Translations under genes and position numbers: made by a program
Source of the DNA: a virus
Lineage: Duplodnaviria; Heunggongvirae; Uroviricota; Caudoviricetes
Direction: 5' to 3' (one strand)
IMG/VR virus record: IMGVR_UViG_3300045146_000225
Location: 1-64,000 of that record
DNA: 64,000 bases
In this document: piece by piece, positions 48,922 to 57,345 of the stretch
Layout: every line of letters begins with the position of its first letter
Position numbering within the stretch: the stretch's first letter is position 1
Notes under the pieces: generated by a model
The model's database searches: none
Told to the model about the DNA's origin: nothing
What the model saw: the letters and a program-made list of their open reading frames with translations, nothing else

Positions 48922-49989
48922 ATGGATAGAGGTTTTGTAAGAATAAGCAAGAATGGCGATAAGCTGTTGGGAATTGATAAACTGTCAACTAGATTAACAA
49001 TACCCGACGGTGTTACAATCATACATAAAATGGCTTTAAGAGATTGCGAGTGCCTGGTTGAAGTCACGATACCTGATACGGTGACCCGTATCGGTGATGG
49101 TGCGTTCATGAATTGCATTAGCTTGAAACGGGTGAACATACATTGTAAAACGGTATGGTTCGGGAACAATATGTTCCATGGGTGTACATCGTTAGAGGAA
49201 GTGAATGTAACGGGGACGTTATTGAGTATAGGTAGTTCTGCTTTCGAAGGTTGTTGCAGTTTAAAATCAATCAATATACCGGACACGGTAAATAGAATAG
49301 GATCCGCTGCTTTTATGGGTTGTTCCAGCTTAAAGTTTATCAAAATACCATTATCTGTCGATAGCATCGCCAATAACACATTCCGCGGTTGCACCTGTCT
49401 AACGTTGATAGATATGCATGACTCGATAAAGAGCATAGGTAGTTCTGCATTCAGAGAGTGTACCGGGTTGACATCGATAACGATACCACGTTCGCTGGTG
49501 AAGATAGAGGAACACACGTTCCAATCATGTTCTAGTTTGAAAGATATAACCATCCCCGTTTCGGTTGAACGCGTGTGTTGTTTTGCTTTCAATGGCTGCG
49601 ACGGCTTGATATCCGTCGATATATTGAATTCTAATGTGAACGTATCACCTCTGGTGTTTAAAGGGTGTAACAGCTTAACGTCAATTACCATAAAAGGAGT
49701 AAAGTACAATATCACTTCTGGGCGTAATGGTAATATATGCACGTACAGTGATTCGTACATGCACGACGTTAACTATGGTGGCGTGGACAAAGTTAAGGTG
49801 TTCGCTGGTGTCAGGTATATCATTGATGTTATAAATGGCGAGGTTTCACTATCGCACGAGACTGTTATGGTTTACGATGAAAAGAAGGAATTCCATATAC
49901 ACGGCGATACGCTAGTTTCCGTCATGGAGACGTTGATTTCAGAGATTGAATTGAAAAGATTGTTTAACCATGCGGTGATTCATGGTTAA
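48922..49989 (+). CDS. Leucine-rich repeat protein of the BspA type (LRR_5).
   Basis: About 23-residue repeats IPDTVTRIGDGAFMNCISLKRVNI / IPDTVNRIGSAAFMGCSSLKFIKI ... Confidence 0.7.
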   Translation: MDRGFVRISKNGDKLLGIDKLSTRLTIPDGVTIIHKMALRDCECLVEVTIPDTVTRIGDGAFMNCISLKRVNIHCKTVWFGNNMFHGCTSLEEVNVTGTLLSIGSSAFEGCCSLKSINIPDTVNRIGSAAFMGCSSLKFIKIPLSVDSIANNTFRGCTCLTLIDMHDSIKSIGSSAFRECTGLTSITIPRSLVKIEEHTFQSCSSLKDITIPVSVERVCCFAFNGCDGLISVDILNSNVNVSPLVFKGCNSLTSITIKGVKYNITSGRNGNICTYSDSYMHDVNYGGVDKVKVFAGVRYIIDVINGEVSLSHETVMVYDEKKEFHIHGDTLVSVMETLISEIELKRLFNHAVIHG

Positions 49990-50052
49990 ATTACAAAAAA
50001 AAATAATATGGTGATATATTGTTTTTTTTTAGTATATTTGCACTGTAATTTT

Positions 50053-50060
50053 AAAGTTAA
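50053..50060 (+). promoter_or_regulatory. TATATTTG box.
   Basis: agtatatttgcactg, 8 nt before the ATG at 50068. Confidence 0.5.
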
Positions 50061-50067
50061 AAGTATT

Positions 50068-50709
50068 ATGGAGAATAAAGAGAAGATGAGCCTACACAGG
50101 GCTTTAGCCGAGTTGAAAGTGATTGATTCGAGGATCGAAAAGACCATAGACCTGTTGGAACCAACTGGTATTATGCAGAAAGATAAACTGGTCAACGGCA
50201 GGTACAAGAAGGAAGAGTTCGTAGCCAATGCTATTTCTAAGTACCAGTCGGTAACGGACTTGATAGCACGCAAGAATAAGATAAAGGCTGCTATTGTAGC
50301 GGCAAATAGCGTGACGTACGTAGAGATTAACGGTGTAAGGATGACGATTTCGGATGCCATTAACTTCAAGTCTGTGATTTCTTTGAAGAAGAACCTTTGG
50401 GGTGCATTGAGTAAAAAACACAGTGTTGTAAATGCCAAGTTGAACATCGAGAATGAGAAGGTCAACATGACCGCGTTGGAGAACGCAAAGCTCGTCCTTG
50501 GTAAATCGGATGAAGGTAAGGTAAAACCAACAGACGCTGATGTTAAGGCTATAATTGAACCGTTCGTTACGAGAAACGAGTACCACATCGTGGATCCTAT
50601 CGGTGTAGAGAGCGTGATCGATAAGCTTTACAACGAGATAACCGGGTTCGAGCTAGAGGTGGATGCTGCTCTTAGTGAGATAAACGCTGTGACGTTCATA
50701 GTTATTTAA
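50068..50709 (+). CDS. Hypothetical protein (213 aa). The likely start is the ATG at 50068 inside the track ORF 50008-50709.
   Basis: ORF plus promoter. Confidence 0.5.
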   Translation: MENKEKMSLHRALAELKVIDSRIEKTIDLLEPTGIMQKDKLVNGRYKKEEFVANAISKYQSVTDLIARKNKIKAAIVAANSVTYVEINGVRMTISDAINFKSVISLKKNLWGALSKKHSVVNAKLNIENEKVNMTALENAKLVLGKSDEGKVKPTDADVKAIIEPFVTRNEYHIVDPIGVESVIDKLYNEITGFELEVDAALSEINAVTFIVI

Positions 50710-50718
50710 CGCTATAAG

Positions 50719-50986
50719 ATGCCGATACGAAAAACAAGAATATAACCACCTAATCTCAACAGGGTAAGTTTGAGAGACTACTACAAATAGCACATTAAGT
50801 TGTACTTACAACTACCAACTCAAAGGTTAAGGTTTAACGATTAAAGTGTAAAGTTTAAGTGTCAAAGTTCTTTTATCATCAAAGGTTATAAGTTAAAAGC
50901 GTAAAGGTCTTTAAAACCCGTGGTTTAGTTTCGAGAGTGTTGGTTATTTAACTCGTTGTTTTGCACACGGCTGTATCGGCATCTTA
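50719..50986. repeat. 11-bp inverted repeats (gatgccgatac / gtatcggcatc) bracketing a 250-bp AT-rich block of degenerate AAAGKT repeats, upstream of the gp32 gene.
   Basis: Seen directly in the sequence. Confidence 0.6.
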
Positions 50987-51041
50987 TTTTTAGTTTTTAT
51001 ATTTTTTTAGTTTTTTTATTAATTTTTAATTTTTTTAAAAT

Positions 51042-52388
51042 ATGAGTAACGGTTTGAGTTTTAATTTTTCATCTGTGCAGACAACTGATTTTTCTAATGG
51101 TGGTGGGTACCAGCAGGATTCAAACTTGTGGCAGTGTAAATCGTCTAACGGTAAGAACAACGAGTACGATGCTATCATCAGGTTTCTTCCGTACATGTTC
51201 GACATCAACAAGTCGAAGTACACTAAGAACATAGTTAGTGTTAAGAACCCCATGAATCCAAAGGAATTCTTAGTTTTTGATTGTCCTAGGAACAATGGTA
51301 AGGCTTCTATTTTCAGTAATTTGAACGAAATACTGAGAACAATCGTTAATAATAACAATAAACATGACACTGCCGAGACTGCTGAAATCAAGAAATGGTT
51401 CAGCAGGTATATGCAGTCACATTCTATTGTTTATATCATGACTGACAATTTTAACCCTTCTAACCAGAACACGGTTAAGATTTTCAAGTATGGTTCAAAG
51501 ATTAACGATATATTGACTGACGCCGAGAAGGGTACCGGTACTATCAAGCCTTTCAAACCTTTTGACTTGGTTAACGGTAAGGATTTCTACTACATCGCGA
51601 AGAAGGGATTCGATACGTATGACAAGTATGATGGTGCGAGGTTCATGGATAATAACAAGCCTTTCCAGTTCTTATTGCCTGACGGTTCTATGTATTATGT
51701 TGCCCAAGAGCATTTGAACGCGATAGAGGCTGGTCATACAGCGAACCAACCTATCGTGTGGTTGTACAACGAGATTGTTCCGAAGATGGATGCTTATTTC
51801 CACAAAGACCCATCGCAGGAGACAATCGCTAAGGCTTGTGGTTATCTACGTATTATCCTTAGCAGATTCCCAGGTATCTACAACAAGTTGATTGAAGTTA
51901 CCAATGATGATTTCGCTAAATCTTGTCTTGTTAATGCCGTTGGTCAAGCATCTCATTTTCAAATACCAACTGTTGGTAACACTCAGTTCGATATAAACAC
52001 TAACCAGGTCGTTGAGAACAATGCTGCGCAATTTACCCAGCAGCCTGCTCAACAGCAAGTGCAGCAACCTGTTCAACAGCAACAGTGGTCTCAGCCAGCA
52101 CCACAACAAGTGCAGCAGCCTGTTCAACAGCAGTGGTCTCAACCTGCACCACAACAAGTGCAGCAACCTGCTCAACAGCAATGGACTCAACCTGCACCAC
52201 AACAAGTGTATCAACCTGCTCAACAGCAACAGTGGTCTCAACCAGCACCACAGATGCCTAGTTTAGATGGTGGTTTCGCACCTCAGCCAGCAATGCAGCA
52301 TCAACCAAAGAATGATTTATCATTCCTAGATGCTCCGCAAGAAGTTAATATTGATCCAAGATTCGCAAACGCGATGTCAACGCTGTAA
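51042..52388 (+). CDS. Single-stranded DNA-binding protein, T4 gp32-like, with an inserted Gln/Pro-rich tandem repeat before the C-terminal tail.
   Basis: NGKNNEYDAIIRFLPY aligns with T4 gp32 GNGQAVIRFLPS. There are 4 x QQP.QQQ(Q)WSQPAPQQVQQP repeats (DNA 52020-52260). Confidence 0.65.
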   Translation: MSNGLSFNFSSVQTTDFSNGGGYQQDSNLWQCKSSNGKNNEYDAIIRFLPYMFDINKSKYTKNIVSVKNPMNPKEFLVFDCPRNNGKASIFSNLNEILRTIVNNNNKHDTAETAEIKKWFSRYMQSHSIVYIMTDNFNPSNQNTVKIFKYGSKINDILTDAEKGTGTIKPFKPFDLVNGKDFYYIAKKGFDTYDKYDGARFMDNNKPFQFLLPDGSMYYVAQEHLNAIEAGHTANQPIVWLYNEIVPKMDAYFHKDPSQETIAKACGYLRIILSRFPGIYNKLIEVTNDDFAKSCLVNAVGQASHFQIPTVGNTQFDINTNQVVENNAAQFTQQPAQQQVQQPVQQQQWSQPAPQQVQQPVQQQWSQPAPQQVQQPAQQQWTQPAPQQVYQPAQQQQWSQPAPQMPSLDGGFAPQPAMQHQPKNDLSFLDAPQEVNIDPRFANAMSTL

Positions 52389-52543
52389 TTAACTCTATTA
52401 ATATCCTAGATTTAATTTATTTTTGAATGTTAGTAAAACATTTTTAAATACTTTGCATTATGAAAACAATACTTGTATTGGCCTTTTTGCTGGTAGGTGT
52501 CCATGTACTGACGGTTGATTGCAAGTAATGTATCTGTTTCAAA

Positions 52544-52583
52544 ACACACGCTGGTATGGTAGTACCAGCGTGTGTTTTTTTTT
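52544..52583 (+). terminator. Rho-independent terminator after the gp32 gene.
   Basis: 13-bp perfect stem acacacgctggta/taccagcgtgtgt followed by T8. Confidence 0.75.
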
Positions 52584-52721
52584 GTAATAAATCATAATTG
52601 CGACAAGTTAGGAATTGAAAATCTAAGACGTGCAAGTAAAGCAGAAATTCACAATTTATTAAAACATGAAATTGAGAACGACTGTCTTTAGCATGAACGC
52701 TAACGGTCGCAGGTATGTTTA

Positions 52722-53078
52722 GTGTCTGATTTAGAATTACAAACTTTAAAAATACAAATAACAATGAAAAAAGAAAAAAACTTGAATAAACCACAGAAAC
52801 AGGCATTAAATATACATGTTGTTATACGCAGGTTTTCTAACTGGTTTAAAAGAAATTTTATTTGTTCAACAATTTTTAGCAATGGACATATTCCAGAACC
52901 ATTTTTAACTGAAACCGAATTTTCAATTCATACTAAAATATGTAAAAGATGTAAGTATGTTTTAGGCTTAGGTACATGGAAACATATCCCACCTCCACCA
53001 AATTCAACACCAGAACAAATAAAATCATTTCAAAAATATAAAGAGGGACAATTGGACGAATTACGTAGGTCTGTTTAA
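52722..53078 (+). CDS. Hypothetical protein (118 aa).
   Basis: ORF with a CKRCKY motif. Confidence 0.4.
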   Translation: MSDLELQTLKIQITMKKEKNLNKPQKQALNIHVVIRRFSNWFKRNFICSTIFSNGHIPEPFLTETEFSIHTKICKRCKYVLGLGTWKHIPPPPNSTPEQIKSFQKYKEGQLDELRRSV

Positions 53079-53126
53079 ACTTGCGTATAACTTACTTATA
53101 TGCTCACCTAATATTAAAAAAAATAG

Positions 53127-53134
53127 TATATTTG
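53127..53134 (+). promoter_or_regulatory. TATATTTG box.
   Basis: 15 nt before the ATG at 53150. Confidence 0.5.
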
Positions 53135-53149
53135 TAAAAAATTCTGACA

Positions 53150-53452
53150 ATGGTAGAGAATAATACAGATGAGAAGAAACTGCTGTTCGGTTCTATAAGT
53201 TACGAGACCGAATCTGAATTAGAAGAATTGAAGGGGCATATATCCACGTACGGCGAGCCTACTATTTGCGTACATCTTTTGAGTGAAGCACTAAAAAAGG
53301 GTAAGTCGGCTGGTGTCTATACCGAATTTGAATCTAATATCATAGAGTTGTGTGTCGGTTCTTTATTCACGTTGGTGGATTTGTTATTAAAACAAGAACC
53401 GGTAAAAGAAGATGAACAAGTAAAAGAAAAAGAGGATGAATGTAGTAATTGA
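53150..53452 (+). CDS. Acidic small protein (100 aa).
   Basis: ORF overlapping the next gene by 17 nt. Confidence 0.45.
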   Translation: MVENNTDEKKLLFGSISYETESELEELKGHISTYGEPTICVHLLSEALKKGKSAGVYTEFESNIIELCVGSLFTLVDLLLKQEPVKEDEQVKEKEDECSN

Positions 53453-54599
53453 CGGTAACTCGCTTATAAATGTCGTCATCGGTGCCACGATGCACACGTC
53501 GCAAGATACTGATTTGAATAGACCGTTCTTCATGGTCAACGGTAAATGGGTCATAAAGGATGGCGCTAACAAGTATTACGGTTCTGCTATAATGCGGTAC
53601 ATATCAAACATAGTGTACACGATAGGTTACGTTGATAACATATACATAGCCTTGGATTCTAAATCTTGGCGCAAGGTATATTACGACAAGTACAAGGATA
53701 CGATGTCGTGGAGACCTGATTACGCCGAAATACAGAAGGGATACAAGGGTACGCGTGTGTCTGATTCGGAGAAGAAGGTGCAGATGGTCGAGTTGATGAA
53801 GCACATATCTGGAAATATAATAGGTGAGCTGTCTAAACATATTGGTGGTGTCAAGATCGTATCAGACCAAGGGTTAGAGGGTGATGATATCGTGTTCTTG
53901 CTCGTCGATATGTTGAAGAAGAAAGGTGATGTTCTCGTGTGGTCAAACGATTCCGATTTACACCAGCTTATAGACAAGAATGTGGTTGTTGTAGGTGGTA
54001 ACGATAGCAAGACAAACACGAAGAAGATGTTCAGGTGTAGTCCCGATATGGTTCAAAAACCCAAGAGCGGGTTCAGCCTATCATATTCATCTAGCGATAT
54101 ACATACGGTGTTCGACGCTCTTGTTAAGAATGGTACTTACGGGGAGAAGATAGTTGACCCGCACGTTGAATTGCTCGCCAAGGTTATAACGGGTGATTCC
54201 GATTCTGATAATATCCCGCCGTGTCACTGTATCCTGTCTAAAACCGGAAAGATAATCAACGCCACGAGGGTCAAGGTTGCCGATAAGGTGATTAAATCGT
54301 TAATGGATGTGGGGCAAACGCCAGCTTCTGTCCTTGGAAAGATTGATATGTCAGACATGGAGATGTTGTCTGAAATTGCATCGCTCGTTTGCGAGTTCAT
54401 AGGTGATGAGGGGTATGACGATGCTAGGGTTGCTGATGTTGTTAACTGTATAAAGTTCAATTACAGGTTGGTGGCGTTGACGAGGAACACGGTACCAGCA
54501 CCGTTCGTCGAGTATTTCGACACATATGAGTTGTTCGAGGGTAAATGTTTCAATTACTATATGTTTGTAGAATATATGCGTGGTAATTACAAGTATTAG
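53436..54599 (+). CDS. rnh: RNase H / 5'-3' flap exonuclease (T4 rnh-like).
   Basis: IYIALDSKSWRKVYYDKYK aligns with T4 RNase H IVLCIDNAKSGYWRRDFAYYYKK. LEGDDIVFLLV...WSNDSDLHQL aligns with YEADDHIAVLV...ISSDGDFTQL. Confidence 0.65.
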   Translation: MNVVIDGNSLINVVIGATMHTSQDTDLNRPFFMVNGKWVIKDGANKYYGSAIMRYISNIVYTIGYVDNIYIALDSKSWRKVYYDKYKDTMSWRPDYAEIQKGYKGTRVSDSEKKVQMVELMKHISGNIIGELSKHIGGVKIVSDQGLEGDDIVFLLVDMLKKKGDVLVWSNDSDLHQLIDKNVVVVGGNDSKTNTKKMFRCSPDMVQKPKSGFSLSYSSSDIHTVFDALVKNGTYGEKIVDPHVELLAKVITGDSDSDNIPPCHCILSKTGKIINATRVKVADKVIKSLMDVGQTPASVLGKIDMSDMEMLSEIASLVCEFIGDEGYDDARVADVVNCIKFNYRLVALTRNTVPAPFVEYFDTYELFEGKCFNYYMFVEYMRGNYKY

Positions 54600-54630
54600 G
54601 AGTTTGTAAAATATTATTATTTAAAGAAAA

Positions 54631-55818
54631 ATGAAGCAATATTTAGATTTACTATCGCATATCCTTGAAAACGGGTACAAGAAGTCTGACAGGACTGGCA
54701 CGGGTACTATTTCTTCTTTCGGACACCAGATGAGGTTCGATCTGTCAGAGGGTTTCCCTCTGTTGACCACGAAGAAGTTACATACTAAATCAATATTCGC
54801 CGAGTTGTTGTGGTTCATAAGCGGCGATACTAACAACAACAACCTGGTTAGCGATGGTGTGAAGATATGGAACGAGTGGGCTGATAAAAACGGTAATCTC
54901 GGTAAGATTTATTCAGCTCAGTGGAGGTACGTTAAGTCCACAAGCGGGAGGTTTATACCGGTTGATAAGAAACACCCAGTTCACGTCGATTACAAGTACG
55001 AACCAGCGATAGCGTTGAAGCGCGGTAAGAATGTTGATATAGTTTACAACCTATGGGCTACGATCATGAACGCTTGTCATTGTACATCGTATGGTTTGTA
55101 TAATGTATATGGTGGTTATGGTGTTACGGTTAACCCAGAATGGCACAATTTAGGTAGGTTTATCAAAGATATAAGTAAAATAAAGGGGTATTCTTATTGG
55201 ATTAAAGATCCTAAAAGATACGAGTTATCGTATAACTACTTCGGTGCGGCACAGTACGGTAAAGATACATCTATATTCGTTGACCGTAGGTGTAATTATT
55301 TAAAACATGTTGAAACTGAAGGATATTGTTTATATAGGGAAGAAGAATGGATAGACCAGCTCGATGTCGCTATAAACGATATAAAGAACAACTCCGATTC
55401 GAGGAGGATAATAGTCAATTCTTGGAACGTATCCGAGCTTGATGACATGGCTTTACCGCCGTGCCATTCGTTCTTCCAGTTCTACGTCGCTGGTGGTAAG
55501 CTATCTTGCCAGATGTACCAGAGGAGCGGTGACATGTTCCTCGGTGTCCCTTTCAACATAGCTTCTTATGCTTTGTTAACACACATGGTTGCCAAGGAAT
55601 GCGGTCTTGAAGTCGGTGAGTTCATCCATACGCTTGGTGATGCTCACATATACATGAACCACGTGGAGCAATGCAAGATGCAGTTAAAGAGGGATACAAG
55701 GGAGTTACCTAGGCTTGTTCTAAGTGATGGTGTTGGTTTCTTCGATTACACGTTGGATGATATACGCATCGAGGGGTACGACCCACACCCGCATATAAAG
55801 GGTGATGTTAGTGTTTAA
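54631..55818 (+). CDS. thyA: Thymidylate synthase (ThyA family) with a roughly 110-aa insertion in the small domain.
   Basis: DRTGTGT, QWR, catalytic [12 protein letters not shown], and [15 protein letters not shown] (Asn gives dUMP specificity). It is 395 aa against roughly 265-315 for typical enzymes. Confidence 0.85.
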   Translation: MKQYLDLLSHILENGYKKSDRTGTGTISSFGHQMRFDLSEGFPLLTTKKLHTKSIFAELLWFISGDTNNNNLVSDGVKIWNEWADKNGNLGKIYSAQWRYVKSTSGRFIPVDKKHPVHVDYKYEPAIALKRGKNVDIVYNLWATIMNACHCTSYGLYNVYGGYGVTVNPEWHNLGRFIKDISKIKGYSYWIKDPKRYELSYNYFGAAQYGKDTSIFVDRRCNYLKHVETEGYCLYREEEWIDQLDVAINDIKNNSDSRRIIVNSWNVSELDDMALPPCHSFFQFYVAGGKLSCQMYQRSGDMFLGVPFNIASYALLTHMVAKECGLEVGEFIHTLGDAHIYMNHVEQCKMQLKRDTRELPRLVLSDGVGFFDYTLDDIRIEGYDPHPHIKGDVSV

Positions 55819-55822
55819 ACAA

Positions 55823-55856
55823 AAAGGGTGTTGTTTTTAAAAACAACACCCTTTCC
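55823..55856. terminator. Bidirectional terminator between thyA (+) and the acidic-protein gene (-).
   Basis: aaagggtgttgttttt aaaa acaacaccctttcc, a perfect 14-16-bp stem. Confidence 0.75.
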
Positions 55857-55859
55857 ATA

Positions 55860-56534
55860 TTAAAATTCATCTTCTGGTTCTTCTTCGAAGCTTGTATCTT
55901 CTGGTTCCCCACCTTGTGGTTCCTCGCCTAAGTTATCCTCGTCGGTAATATCACCAGATTCGTCGCCGGACATATCGTCTTCTCCGAAACTAGCGTTATC
56001 TTCCATTTCCTGGTCTGTGGTTTCGCCGTCGGTTGGCTCTAGCTCGTCGAACGTGGTGTCATCTTCACCAAAATCAGATGTATCACCGCCGTCATCTACT
56101 GGTGTTTCCTCATCAATATCTATGTTGACATCACCATCACCTTGCTCGTCCTCGAACTCGTCGATATCACCTTTCATTTCCTCGTAACCATCTTCTTTAT
56201 CGCCGGATTTATCGTCTGGTAGAAGACCTACCTTCTCGTACCAGTAGCCCGGGTCCTTTACGAAATCACTGAAAGACGGTACTTGTATGTCCATGCCGAA
56301 CTCGTCAACGTAATGTGGTGCGGTTCCTTCTTCTTGTTCTGGTTCACCTTCGTTTTCTTGTGATTCTACCGGTTGTATTTCCTCGAAACCAAGGTCGACA
56401 TCGGTATCTGTATCATCACCTTCTTGTGTTGTGTCGTCTATCTGTGCAGTATCATCCTGAACATCTTGTACATCACCTTGAACGTCATCTTGTGGTGTGT
56501 CTTGTACTTGTACGTCTTCTGTTTCTTCCTCCAT
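55860..56534 (-). CDS. Hyper-acidic, low-complexity protein (224 aa, about 45 % Asp+Glu).
   Basis: MEEETEDVQVQDTPQDDVQGDVQDVQDD...EEEPEDEF. Confidence 0.55.
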   Translation of the reverse strand: MEEETEDVQVQDTPQDDVQGDVQDVQDDTAQIDDTTQEGDDTDTDVDLGFEEIQPVESQENEGEPEQEEGTAPHYVDEFGMDIQVPSFSDFVKDPGYWYEKVGLLPDDKSGDKEDGYEEMKGDIDEFEDEQGDGDVNIDIDEETPVDDGGDTSDFGEDDTTFDELEPTDGETTDQEMEDNASFGEDDMSGDESGDITDEDNLGEEPQGGEPEDTSFEEEPEDEF

Positions 56535-56551
56535 GTCGATATATGTTTTTT

Positions 56552-57010
56552 TTAAATGCTGTTTATTGCCTCTGCGAACGGTATTATGAATATGAAAATC
56601 CTGAATATGAAGATGGTGGTCGGGCTTAATATGTTTAGTCCGGACAACATCATTTTTATCTTACCTGTAATCGAAGAGTCTGAATCGTAAAGGTAATGTG
56701 TGCCTTGTATGAGATTGTATGTTATGTCGTAAACAAGGAATCTTGTACATGCCATGGCGTATATTACGAACCATATCTCACGGGCGGTTTCCCAAGTTGT
56801 AAACGTTTTCCAAGCATCGAATGTAGTGGCGAAAGGTATCAGCAACAGCATCATGAACAGTACAGCCGCTTGTGCTGCGTGTGATATTAAACTGTAAGTC
56901 TTTGTCAACCCATCTCTACATGTAAGTTGTTTATGCCTGTACGAGTAGCCGACGGCATCCATTATGTTTATAGCCGTGAACGCTACTACCAGTAATAATT
57001 TCTCCATCAA
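56552..57010 (-). CDS. Membrane protein with about 4 transmembrane segments (152 aa).
   Basis: Hydrophobic segments. Co-transcribed with the sheath gene. Confidence 0.45.
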   Translation of the reverse strand: MMEKLLLVVAFTAINIMDAVGYSYRHKQLTCRDGLTKTYSLISHAAQAAVLFMMLLLIPFATTFDAWKTFTTWETAREIWFVIYAMACTRFLVYDITYNLIQGTHYLYDSDSSITGKIKMMLSGLNILSPTTIFIFRIFIFIIPFAEAINSI

Positions 57011-57289
57011 TTACTCTGTGTTTTTAAAATTACTTATGATGTCCTTGGATACTTTCTTCTTGTACCCTAGCAACCCAGCACCTATGGTTATGACTATTAT
57101 CGATGCATACACGTGTTCTGCACTCATGCTATAATACGCGGCACCGAGTATGCTGAAAATGAAACCAAGTAAACCAACTGTTATGCACATCAACCCGGAT
57201 ACACCTGTTGCCGATGTCTTACCGTTGCTGTTGCTCGTCAACTCACCGAAGTTGAACTTCTTTATATCCCCTATCATGCCCATGTCCAC
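57011..57289 (-). CDS. Small membrane protein with 2 transmembrane segments (92 aa, holin-like topology).
   Basis: GVSGLMCITVGLLGFIFSILGAAYY and ASIIVITIGAGLLGY. Confidence 0.45.
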   Translation of the reverse strand: MDMGMIGDIKKFNFGELTSNSNGKTSATGVSGLMCITVGLLGFIFSILGAAYYSMSAEHVYASIIVITIGAGLLGYKKKVSKDIISNFKNTE

Positions 57290-57345
57290 GTTGTGTATTT
57301 TTAAACAAGATGTCGGTGGCTGTTACACCACCGACATCGTTATGC

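Noticed and set aside
50008-50067. N-terminal extension MVIYCFFLVYLHCNFKVKSI of ORF 50008-50709
   Set aside because: It overlaps the TATATTTG promoter at 50053. The ATG at 50068 is the plausible start.
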